A DNA stretch of 64,000 bases from assembly GCA_963782055.1 (NCBI GenBank), contig CAWAIF010000003.1:1696001-1760000 (forward strand), read 5' to 3'. Each line of letters opens with the position of its first letter. Position 1 is the first letter of the stretch. This document shows positions 41,733 to 49,760 of the stretch, piece after piece. Origin of the DNA: an uncultured delta proteobacterium. Its GTDB lineage: Bacteria > Myxococcota_A > Polyangia > Polyangiales > Polyangiaceae. The translations under genes were made by a program, and so were the position numbers. Below the pieces are notes generated by a model. It was given only the letters and a program-made list of their open reading frames with translations. It was not told the DNA's origin and ran no database searches.

Positions 41733-42905
41733 GTGCTGCGCGCTCTCGCCTACGTGCTCGGGGCAACCCTCGTGACCGCGGTGGTCCACGCCTACCTGCA
41801 CCGGCGGCTCGTTCGCGACACGGAGCTGCCCGCGCCGTGGCGTGGGCGCGCGCGCGCGGCGACGTGGGGGCTCGCTGCCTTGCTCCCCGCGGGCATGGTG
41901 GGCCTCCTGACGATGCGCGAGGCGCCGCGCGCGCTGCAGGCCCCGCTGATGTGGTGCGCCTTCGTGTGGGTCGGCGTGCTCGGGTTCCTCTTGCCGCTGG
42001 TGCTCGCGGGGGAGGCGGTGCGCGTCTGGGCGGGCCGCGAGGCTCCGGCGGACCCGTCGCGCCGCCGCGCGATGGCGCGCCTCGTCGGCGTCGCGAGCGG
42101 GCTCGCCACGGTCCTGCTCGGAGGTGCGGCGGTCGCGACCGCCGAGATGCCCCTGGCGGTTCGCCGCCTCCGCGTGCGCCTGGCGGGCCTGGGGATACGG
42201 AAGAGCGGCTACAGGATCGTGCAGGTGTCGGACGTTCACGTCAGCGCCACCATCGGCGCGGCGCTCGTCGAGGCCATCGTCGCGCGCGTGAACGCGCTCC
42301 AGCCCGACCTCGTCGCGATCACCGGCGATCTGGTCGACGGCGGCGTGGCGGAGCTCGGCCCCCTGCTCGCGCCGCTCGCGCGGCTCCGCGCGCGCGACGG
42401 CGTCTTCTTCGTCACCGGCAATCACGAGTATCTGTCGGGCGCCGAGGAGTGGCTCGCGTTCCTCCCGTCGCTCGGCATCCACGCGCTCCGCAACGCGCGC
42501 GTCGCGATCGGCGGGGAGGACGGCTTCGACCTGATCGGGGTCGACGACCAGTCCGGCGGTGACTGGCTTCCGGGGCACGGCACCGACCTCCCGCGCGCGA
42601 CGGGCGGACGCGATCGGCGACGCGCGTCGGTCCTGCTCGCGCACCGCCCCGACGACGTGCGCGACGCCGCGGCGCGCGGCATCGGGCTACAGATCTCCGG
42701 GCACACGCACGGCGGCCAGGTCGTGCCAATCGGCTGGGCGCTCGAGCGCATGCACCAGCCGTACGTCTACGGCCGCTACGAGGTCGGCGGCACGGTCCTG
42801 TACGTCACGTCGGGCGCGGGCTACTGGGGGCCGCCGATGCGGCTCGCGACGCGCGCGGAGATCGCCTGCTTCGAGCTCGATGGCGGTCCGGTCACGCACG
42901 CTTGA
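41733..42905 (+). CDS. Membrane-anchored metallophosphoesterase (YkuE-like)
   Basis: SDVH, TGDLVD, GNHE, LAHRP, SGHTHGGQ. Confidence 0.92.
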   Translation: MLRALAYVLGATLVTAVVHAYLHRRLVRDTELPAPWRGRARAATWGLAALLPAGMVGLLTMREAPRALQAPLMWCAFVWVGVLGFLLPLVLAGEAVRVWAGREAPADPSRRRAMARLVGVASGLATVLLGGAAVATAEMPLAVRRLRVRLAGLGIRKSGYRIVQVSDVHVSATIGAALVEAIVARVNALQPDLVAITGDLVDGGVAELGPLLAPLARLRARDGVFFVTGNHEYLSGAEEWLAFLPSLGIHALRNARVAIGGEDGFDLIGVDDQSGGDWLPGHGTDLPRATGGRDRRRASVLLAHRPDDVRDAAARGIGLQISGHTHGGQVVPIGWALERMHQPYVYGRYEVGGTVLYVTSGAGYWGPPMRLATRAEIACFELDGGPVTHA

Positions 42906-42975
42906 CGCTCGCCCGCCCGCGAGAAGATCGGGGGCTCCCATTGCTGCACGGTGCCATTTTCGGTATGTGCTGCCG

Positions 42976-44616
42976 ATGAGATGGCTCGTCTGCGGGATGA
43001 TTGCGACGACGCTCGCGTGCAGCTCGACCGGGCAGGGCACGCCCGACGCCGGCGGCGGTGACGCGGGCGACGTCGATGGCGCGCCGCCCCCCGCCTACGT
43101 GTGCACCGTCGCCAGCACGGGGACGAGCGGCGTCGTCCTGACGGGGCGCGTGCTGCTCCCGTCCGGGCCGATCGACGGTGAGGTGTTCGTCGACGGCAAC
43201 GGCGTCATCGCGTGCGCGGGCGCCTCGTGCGCGAGCTCCGCGGGGTACGACGCCGCCACGCACCTGGCGTGCCCGGGCGGCGTCATCTCCCCCTCGCTCA
43301 TCAACCCCCACGACCACATCAACTTCGCGACCTCCGGGCCCGTCGGGCACGGCACGACGCGCTACCAGCACCGGCACGACTGGCGCACCGGCGCCGAGGG
43401 CGCGAAGGCGCTCCCCACGCCCAAGAGCACGACCGACACCAAGATCATCGCCGCGGCGGAGCTGCGCTTCGTCCTGGGCGGGGCCACCGCCGTCGTGTCC
43501 TCGGGCGGCGTGCGCGGCCTGATGCGTGACCTCGCCAACTACAGCGACACCTCCCAGCTCGAGGGGCTGACCGGCAAGACCGCCTACTACGACACCTTCC
43601 CCCTCGGCGACGCCAACGGCACGCTGCTCTCCTCGGGCTGCGGATACCCGAACATCCGCAAGGCCAGCTCGGCCTTCCAGGACGGCCAGTACGTGCCGCA
43701 CGTCGGCGAGGGCATCAACCTCGCCGCGGAGAACGAGCTCACCTGCGAGTCGCAGCAGAGCAACGACATCATCACCGCGCGGACCTCCATCATCCACGGC
43801 GTCGGCTTCAACGCGAAGGACGTGGACGTGGTGCGACAGGCCGGCGCCAAGGTGATCTGGTCGCCCCGCTCCAACATCAGCCTCTACGGCGACACCGCGC
43901 CGGTCACCGAGTACAAGGCGGCGGGCGTCACCATCGCCCTCGGCACCGACTGGCTGGCGAGCGGCTCGATGAACATGCTGCGCGAGCTGGCCTGCGCCGA
44001 CTCGCTCGACCAGAAGTACTTCCACCAGGCCTTCTCCGATCAACAGCTGTGGGCCATGGTCACCATCAACGCCGCGGTCGCCGCGGGCTTCGACTCGCAG
44101 ATCGGCAGCTTGGAGGTCGGCAAGGTCGCCGACGTGGCGGTGTTCGACGGGCGGGTCCACGCGGATTATCGGGCGGTCATCGCCGCCGGCGCGGAGGACG
44201 TGCACCTGGTCCTGCGCGGGGGCAAGCCGCTCTACGGCGACGCGGATCTGGTCGACGCGCTGCAGACCGGCTGCGCGGCGATGGACGTGTGCGGCAACGC
44301 GCGCGCGGTGTGCCTCGACGTGCCGAGCGTGACGCTCGCCGACGTCCAGGCGGCCGCGTCGAGCATCTACCCGCTCTTCTTCTGCCGCGACGCCGACGTC
44401 ACCGACGAGCCCTCGTGCGTGCCGTACCGGGACAGCTACCCGGACGGCACGTCGGCCACCGATGGCGATGGCGACGGCGTACCCGACGCCACCGACGACT
44501 GCCCGACCGTCTTCAACCCCCCGCGGCCGATGGATGGCGCCGCGCAGGCGGACGTCGACAGCGACGGCTTCGGTGACGCGTGCGACGCCAAGCCGCTGGA
44601 CCCCGGCGCGCACTGA
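42976..44616 (+). CDS. Amidohydrolase-family lipoprotein with C-terminal thrombospondin type-3 repeats
   Basis: Lipobox LAC, INPHDH, HVGEG, IIHG, ALGTDW; DGDGDGVPDATDDCP..DSDGFGDACD. Confidence 0.85.
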   Translation: MRWLVCGMIATTLACSSTGQGTPDAGGGDAGDVDGAPPPAYVCTVASTGTSGVVLTGRVLLPSGPIDGEVFVDGNGVIACAGASCASSAGYDAATHLACPGGVISPSLINPHDHINFATSGPVGHGTTRYQHRHDWRTGAEGAKALPTPKSTTDTKIIAAAELRFVLGGATAVVSSGGVRGLMRDLANYSDTSQLEGLTGKTAYYDTFPLGDANGTLLSSGCGYPNIRKASSAFQDGQYVPHVGEGINLAAENELTCESQQSNDIITARTSIIHGVGFNAKDVDVVRQAGAKVIWSPRSNISLYGDTAPVTEYKAAGVTIALGTDWLASGSMNMLRELACADSLDQKYFHQAFSDQQLWAMVTINAAVAAGFDSQIGSLEVGKVADVAVFDGRVHADYRAVIAAGAEDVHLVLRGGKPLYGDADLVDALQTGCAAMDVCGNARAVCLDVPSVTLADVQAAASSIYPLFFCRDADVTDEPSCVPYRDSYPDGTSATDGDGDGVPDATDDCPTVFNPPRPMDGAAQADVDSDGFGDACDAKPLDPGAH

Positions 44617-44653
44617 TCGCGGACTGATCCGCCGCGTCGCGTCGACGCGCGGG

Positions 44654-46801
44654 CTACAGGGTGACCCGGCGGCGTCGCACGGCGACGAGGGCGAGGCCGA
44701 GTCCGAGGAAGAGCGCCGCGCCGTCGGTGCCGCCGCCGCCCGCCGCGGAGCAGCCGCCGCCCTGGCCCGGCTGCGCCGAGCCGCCCGGCGGGTTGTTCCC
44801 GTTGCCGCCGCCACCCGGGCCGCCAGGAGGCGGCGGGTTCGCCGGGTCGACGTGCTTGACGCCCGCGTAGCGGAGCGACGCGTAGTACTTCTCCGCGCCC
44901 CAGCCCTTGGCGTCGGACCACGCCGCGCCGGGCTGCGGATCGGCGAAGCCGGTGCCGGTGGAGAGCGCGCAGGTCAGCCCGGAGGCCGCGCGGGCGCACA
45001 CGTCGTCCATGCCGTCGCCGTTGATGTCGCCGAAGCCGATGGTGGAGTCGTACTTGGGCGCGTCCCACCCGCTGGCGGTGCTCCACGCCGGCCCGTCGAA
45101 GGCGCCCGCGAAGCTGGTCCCCTTCGAGACCGCGCAGACGACGCCCTTCGACGCGCGCGCGCAGAGGTCGGCCATGCCGTCGCCGTTGACGTCGGCGGTC
45201 TGGATGGTCGTGAAGTACTGCTCGGCCGCCCAGCCGTTGCTGTCCGCCCAGGTCGGGCCCTTCACCTCGGTGACGAAGCCGGTGCCGTCGGACAGCTCGC
45301 AGAGCATGCCGGTCTTGGAGCGGCCGCACACGTCGGTCTTGCCGTCGCCGTTGACGTCGGCGTAGCGGATCGTCGTCACGTACTGCGGCGCGGCCCAGCC
45401 GCTGGCGTCGCTCCACGCCGGGCCGGTGAAGGCGCCGGGGAAGCCGTTGCCGTCGGCGAGCTTGCAGAGCACGCCGGACTTGGAGCGGCCGCAGATGTCC
45501 GCCTTGCCGTCGCCGTCCACGTCGACGAGGCGAATCGTCGAGTAGAACTGCGGCAGGTTCCAGCCGTTGGCGTCGCTCCACGTGGGGCCCGTGACGGCCG
45601 TCGGGAAGCCGTTGCCGTCGGAGAGGGCGCAGGTGATCCCCGCGGCCGCGCGGGCGCAGACGTCCGCCTTGCCGTCGCCGTTGATGTCGCCGAACTGGAT
45701 GGTCGAGTAGTACTGCTCCTTCGTCCAACCCTTGGCGTCACTCCAGTCGGGGCCGCGCACCTCCGCGCCGAAGCCCCCGCCCGTCGAGAGCTCGCACACG
45801 ATGCCCTGCTTGTCGCGGCCGCAGAGATCGCCCTTGCCGTCGCCGTTCACGTCGGCGAACTGGATGGTGTCGTAGTAGGAGGCGGCGTCCCAGCCGGCGG
45901 CGTCGCTCCACGCCGGGCCCTTGACCTCCGTCGCCGCCGCGCCGCCCTGCGAGAGCTCGCAGACGACGCCGCTCGAGCTGCGGCCGCACACGTCGCTCAC
46001 GCCGTCGCCGTCGATGTCCGCCGCCTCGCGGTGCAGCACCGTCGGGTAGACGGGGGCGGCGGTGCCGGCGAGCTTCTGCAGCGTGGCGAGCGAGCCGTTG
46101 AAGACGTCGTGATCGAGGGAGCCGCCGCCGTCGCTGTACTGCCACATGGTCCACTTGGACCAGCCGTTGGGCACCAGCGGACACGACGGGCCGTAGTCGG
46201 CGATCCAGAGCGGGTAGGCGCCGAAGCTGGTGGAGCCGACGTTGTCCTGCCAGAAATAGGGACCGGTGTAGATGATGGGGCGCTTGCCGGTACCCTTCTC
46301 CACCAGGGTGAGCCAGGTCTTCACCTTGGACGCGATGGTGGAGCCGGACTGGCCGCCTGTCGTCTCCACGTCGATCATGCAGGGCAGGTCGCCGTCGCCC
46401 AGCATGCCGCCGACCGCCTTGATCATCAGGTTGGCCTGGGTGGTGGCGTTCTGGCCGGGCTCGAAGAACTGGTAGGCGCCGCGGAGCACGCCGGCCTTCT
46501 TCATCTTGGACCAGTTGCTGGCGAACTGGCTGTCGGTGTAGTTGACGCCGTCGCCGATGCGCGCGTAGCCGAAGTCGACGCCCGCCTTCTTCTGCGCGGC
46601 CCAGTCGAAGTTGCCCTGGTAGACCGAGACGTCGCGCCCCTGGACGGCCCCGCTCGACTTGGCCCCGCAGACGGTGGACAGAGCCTCGGCGCCGGTGCCT
46701 ACATCCTCCCCGGGGGCGGAGCTGCACGCCGCGGCGAGGAGCGCGACGAGCGCGGCGAAGAGGGCGAGGCCCCGTGAGCGGGAAGGTCGGCGGCTGGGCA
46801 T
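44654..46801 (-). CDS. GH25 muramidase with FG-GAP/VCBS-like repeats and MYXO-CTERM-type tail
   Basis: DVSVYQG, GAYQFF, IDVE, LWIADY, MWQYS; repeated ADVNGDGKADVCAR; GGCSA..TM..RRRR. Confidence 0.9.
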   Translation of the reverse strand: MPSRRPSRSRGLALFAALVALLAAACSSAPGEDVGTGAEALSTVCGAKSSGAVQGRDVSVYQGNFDWAAQKKAGVDFGYARIGDGVNYTDSQFASNWSKMKKAGVLRGAYQFFEPGQNATTQANLMIKAVGGMLGDGDLPCMIDVETTGGQSGSTIASKVKTWLTLVEKGTGKRPIIYTGPYFWQDNVGSTSFGAYPLWIADYGPSCPLVPNGWSKWTMWQYSDGGGSLDHDVFNGSLATLQKLAGTAAPVYPTVLHREAADIDGDGVSDVCGRSSSGVVCELSQGGAAATEVKGPAWSDAAGWDAASYYDTIQFADVNGDGKGDLCGRDKQGIVCELSTGGGFGAEVRGPDWSDAKGWTKEQYYSTIQFGDINGDGKADVCARAAAGITCALSDGNGFPTAVTGPTWSDANGWNLPQFYSTIRLVDVDGDGKADICGRSKSGVLCKLADGNGFPGAFTGPAWSDASGWAAPQYVTTIRYADVNGDGKTDVCGRSKTGMLCELSDGTGFVTEVKGPTWADSNGWAAEQYFTTIQTADVNGDGMADLCARASKGVVCAVSKGTSFAGAFDGPAWSTASGWDAPKYDSTIGFGDINGDGMDDVCARAASGLTCALSTGTGFADPQPGAAWSDAKGWGAEKYYASLRYAGVKHVDPANPPPPGGPGGGGNGNNPPGGSAQPGQGGGCSAAGGGGTDGAALFLGLGLALVAVRRRRVTL

Positions 46802-46812
46802 GGCCCGGGTAG

Positions 46813-46828
46813 AGCAAGACCGGGGCCA
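46813..46828 (-). promoter_or_regulatory. Putative sigma54 promoter of the GH25 gene
   Basis: TGGCCC-CGGTC-TTGCT, GG-N10-GC, 12 nt before the ATG. Confidence 0.55.
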
Positions 46829-47018
46829 GCGCGTGGCCCGCGGGAAAAGCCCGGGATTCGTGCCTCCTCGCGCCGCCTGCAGGCCGGATTCGCGACCGGT
46901 CGCTAGGGCTCGCGAGCAGGCGCTGGGGTCCATGCGATCCGGGTGGTCCGCGCGGGGGATGGGGGAGCAGAACCCACTAGGGGCGCCGGCTGAAGCAAGA
47001 TACTCTGATGGCACGCAC

Positions 47019-48167
47019 ATGCAGGCGCTGAAGGTCCACGTGGGGGAGGTGGCCGACCGACTCGTCCCGGTGCTGTTCGCCCTCCTCGCGCTGCTCGTCA
47101 CGCGCGCCGCCTTCGCGGCCGGGTACGTGCCGCCGCCCATCGCGGGGCACGTGACCGATCCAGGCAAGCAGCTGACCCCCGATCAGGTCGGCGCGCTGGA
47201 CGCGAAGCTCGCCGACTACCGAAGGTGCTCCGGCAACCACGTGGCGGTGTTCATCGCCCCGTCGCTGAAGGGCTACCCGATCGAGGACGTGGCGTACGCG
47301 ACCTTCAACACGTGGAAGATCGGCGAGGCGAAGAAGGACAACGGCGTGCTCCTCGTCATCGCCCCCACCGAGCGCAAGGTGCGCATCGAGGTGGGGCGCG
47401 GCGTCGAGGGGGAGCTGACGGACCTGCAGTCGAACGACATCCTGCGCCGGCACGTCTCGCCGCACCTGAAGGCGGGGGACATGGCCGCCGCCATCGACGA
47501 CGGGACGAGCGCGATCGGCGTCGCGCTCGGCGGGTGCGCCATGAGCCCGGCGTTCGCCGCCGTTCATGACGCCGGCGCGTTCGCGCCATCCGATCCGGCC
47601 GGCGCGGCGGACGGGCGGGCGGCCGCTCCGCCGACCCACCTCGCGGCGACGAAGCCGCCCGACAGCCACGCGGGCGAGCGCGCGGTGACGACGCTCGTCA
47701 TCAGTCTACTGGTCATGTCGATCGCGCTCGCGTTCGCCAAGAAGGGGTCGCGTGCGATGGCCACGCTCCTCGCCGGGGCCTTCGCCGCGTTCTTCTTCGG
47801 TATCGTCGAGACACTCTCCGGCAGCAAGCTGGGCGGAGGCTTCGACATGGACGCCGCGTACGGTGCCTTCGGGGTCCTGGCGTTCATCCTGGTGTGCGTG
47901 AACCTGTTCGCCTGGATCGCGAGGGGCCGGGGGTACTTGCTCGCGGGCGCGGGCGGGTCGTCGGGCAGCGGCGGGGGCGGGAGCGCCGACCCTTTCGGGT
48001 CGTCGAGCTCCTTCGACACGTCGAGCTCCTTCGACACGTCGAGCTCCTCCGACTCCTCCTTCTCTTCGAGCAGCTCCGACTCCTCCTTCTCTTCGAGCAG
48101 CTCCGACTCCAGCTACTCCGGCGGCGGCGGAAGCTCCGGCGGCGGCGGCTCCAGCGACAGCTACTGA
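47019..48167 (+). CDS. TPM-domain (YgcG/DUF477) membrane protein with Ser/Gly-rich tail
   Basis: FNTWKIG..KDNGVLLVIAPTERKVRIEVGRGVEGELTD; GGGGSSGGGGSS end. Confidence 0.9.
   Translation: MQALKVHVGEVADRLVPVLFALLALLVTRAAFAAGYVPPPIAGHVTDPGKQLTPDQVGALDAKLADYRRCSGNHVAVFIAPSLKGYPIEDVAYATFNTWKIGEAKKDNGVLLVIAPTERKVRIEVGRGVEGELTDLQSNDILRRHVSPHLKAGDMAAAIDDGTSAIGVALGGCAMSPAFAAVHDAGAFAPSDPAGAADGRAAAPPTHLAATKPPDSHAGERAVTTLVISLLVMSIALAFAKKGSRAMATLLAGAFAAFFFGIVETLSGSKLGGGFDMDAAYGAFGVLAFILVCVNLFAWIARGRGYLLAGAGGSSGSGGGGSADPFGSSSSFDTSSSFDTSSSSDSSFSSSSSDSSFSSSSSDSSYSGGGGSSGGGGSSDSY
48003..48115 (+). repeat. Coding tandem repeats (18-bp and 27-bp units) in the Ser-rich tail
   Basis: SSSFDT x2, SDSSFSSSS x2. 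Confidence 0.8.
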
Positions 48168-48183
48168 GGTCGCGCGCGGCGTC

Positions 48184-48555
48184 TCATCGCAGCTCGAGCG
48201 CGCGCAGCTCCATCGCGTACACCTTGCGCGCGAGATGCTTCGGTCCGCTCCCGTTCGCGGCGAGGAAGGGGAGGTTCATCTCGGTCTCGTCGGAGGTGCG
48301 GAGCTCTGCCCGCGCCTTCACCCACGCCTCGCCGACGCGCCGCACTCCCATCGCGTCGAGCGTCACGTCGTACTGCGCCTCGAACTCGGTCACCAGCCGG
48401 GTGATGGCCCCCGCGACGCCCGCGGCCTCCGCGCCGAGGCACATGAGGGCGGCCTGCGTCGCCCGGTCGACGGCGAGCCAGAGCGGGATCTCCGGGGTGC
48501 GCGCGCCGAACTCGTCCTGGAAGCGCTGGAAGTCTTCACGGGTCGGGTCGGGCAT
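48184..48555 (-). CDS. Small protein resembling DnaK/Hsp70 nucleotide-binding subdomain IIB
   Basis: DAMGVRRVGEAWVKARAELRTSDETEMNLPFLAANGSGPKHL matches the DnaK pattern D.MA.QRL.EAAEKAK.ELS...T.INLPFI.A...GPKHL. Confidence 0.7.
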   Translation of the reverse strand: MPDPTREDFQRFQDEFGARTPEIPLWLAVDRATQAALMCLGAEAAGVAGAITRLVTEFEAQYDVTLDAMGVRRVGEAWVKARAELRTSDETEMNLPFLAANGSGPKHLARKVYAMELRALELR

Positions 48556-48597
48556 GGCCCGACGATACCGCGAAGCCCCACCGGTGGGATCGCCGCG

Positions 48598-49692
48598 TCA
48601 CGGCGCGGCGACGTACAGCACCTTTCCGTGGACCGGGTCCGCCACGTAGGCGGCGCCCGTCTTGTCCGCCACGACGACGCGCGCGCCGAGCGACGTGGGC
48701 GCGGTCGCCACGATCGACAGCACGCCGTGATCGTCCACGTGCGCCACGGTGAGCTGCCCGGACTTCGCCGAGGCCACGTACACCAGCCGCCGCGCGGGCA
48801 GGAAGTCGATGTTGTCGACCCCCGCGCCGACGTTGATCTTGTCGATCCACTTGCCGCCGTGCCCCGCGTCCAGCACCGCCAGGCCGTCGGCGCAGGCGAC
48901 CATCAGCAGGCCCTTGTCCGGGTCGTAGGCGAGGCCCTTGGGCTCGACGTCGTGGCAGCGCGGCTCCCACGTGGCGGTGACCTTGCGCGTGTGTACGTCG
49001 ATGGCGACCGTCTGGTTGCGGTCTTCCAGGTTGGTGAAGAACAGGCCGTGCGCCCCGTCCACCGCGTAGCCCTCCGGCCGGCCACCAAGCGTGATGTGCG
49101 ACTTCACGGTGAGCCTGGCCGGCGTCGCGGCGTCCAGGATGGTGATGCCGTTCTGGCGCGGCACGGTCACCCACACCTCCTTCGTCGCCGCCACGTACGC
49201 CACGCCGTCGGGCGTCGACTTCAGCGTGACGCACGCGCCGCGCGCGAGCTTGGCGGTGTCCACGGCGCACACCTGCGCGTTGGCGCGGTCGCCCACGTAG
49301 AGGAAGCCGTCGCCGAGGGCGGCAGAGCTGGGGCCGAGCATGTGGTGCGCGCCGTGCCCCTCGCGCGCGGCGGTCGGGAAGCCGCCCACGGCGGAGACCT
49401 TGCGCGTCGCGACGTCGATGACCGCGACGTTGCCGGTGGACCCGGCGGGCACGTAGACGCGCCCGCCGGCGCGGTCGCTCGCCATGTAGTCCATCGACAC
49501 CGCGCCCTTGGCGCCCGGTAGGTCGAGCGCCGTCACCACGAGCGAGGGCGGCGCGGGCTCCGCGTCCGGCGTCGCGGCGACCGAGGCGGCCGCCGAAGCC
49601 GAGGCCGACGAGGCCGAGGTCGCGTGCGGCGTCTGATTGCGCGAGCACGCGCCGAGCAACACCACGAGAGGAAGGAGATGCAAGGCGCGCAT
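48598..49692 (-). CDS. YncE/YVTN-type beta-propeller lipoprotein
   Basis: Lipobox LGAC; DYMASD...RVYV, PDGVAY, PEGYAVD, PKGLAYD blades. Confidence 0.8.
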   Translation of the reverse strand: MRALHLLPLVVLLGACSRNQTPHATSASSASASAAASVAATPDAEPAPPSLVVTALDLPGAKGAVSMDYMASDRAGGRVYVPAGSTGNVAVIDVATRKVSAVGGFPTAAREGHGAHHMLGPSSAALGDGFLYVGDRANAQVCAVDTAKLARGACVTLKSTPDGVAYVAATKEVWVTVPRQNGITILDAATPARLTVKSHITLGGRPEGYAVDGAHGLFFTNLEDRNQTVAIDVHTRKVTATWEPRCHDVEPKGLAYDPDKGLLMVACADGLAVLDAGHGGKWIDKINVGAGVDNIDFLPARRLVYVASAKSGQLTVAHVDDHGVLSIVATAPTSLGARVVVADKTGAAYVADPVHGKVLYVAAP

Positions 49693-49760
49693 GCCGCCGG
49701 CGTAGCACACGCCACCAGCGTGCGCGACCGGGACCGAGCGCCCTGCCGTGGCGCGAACCG

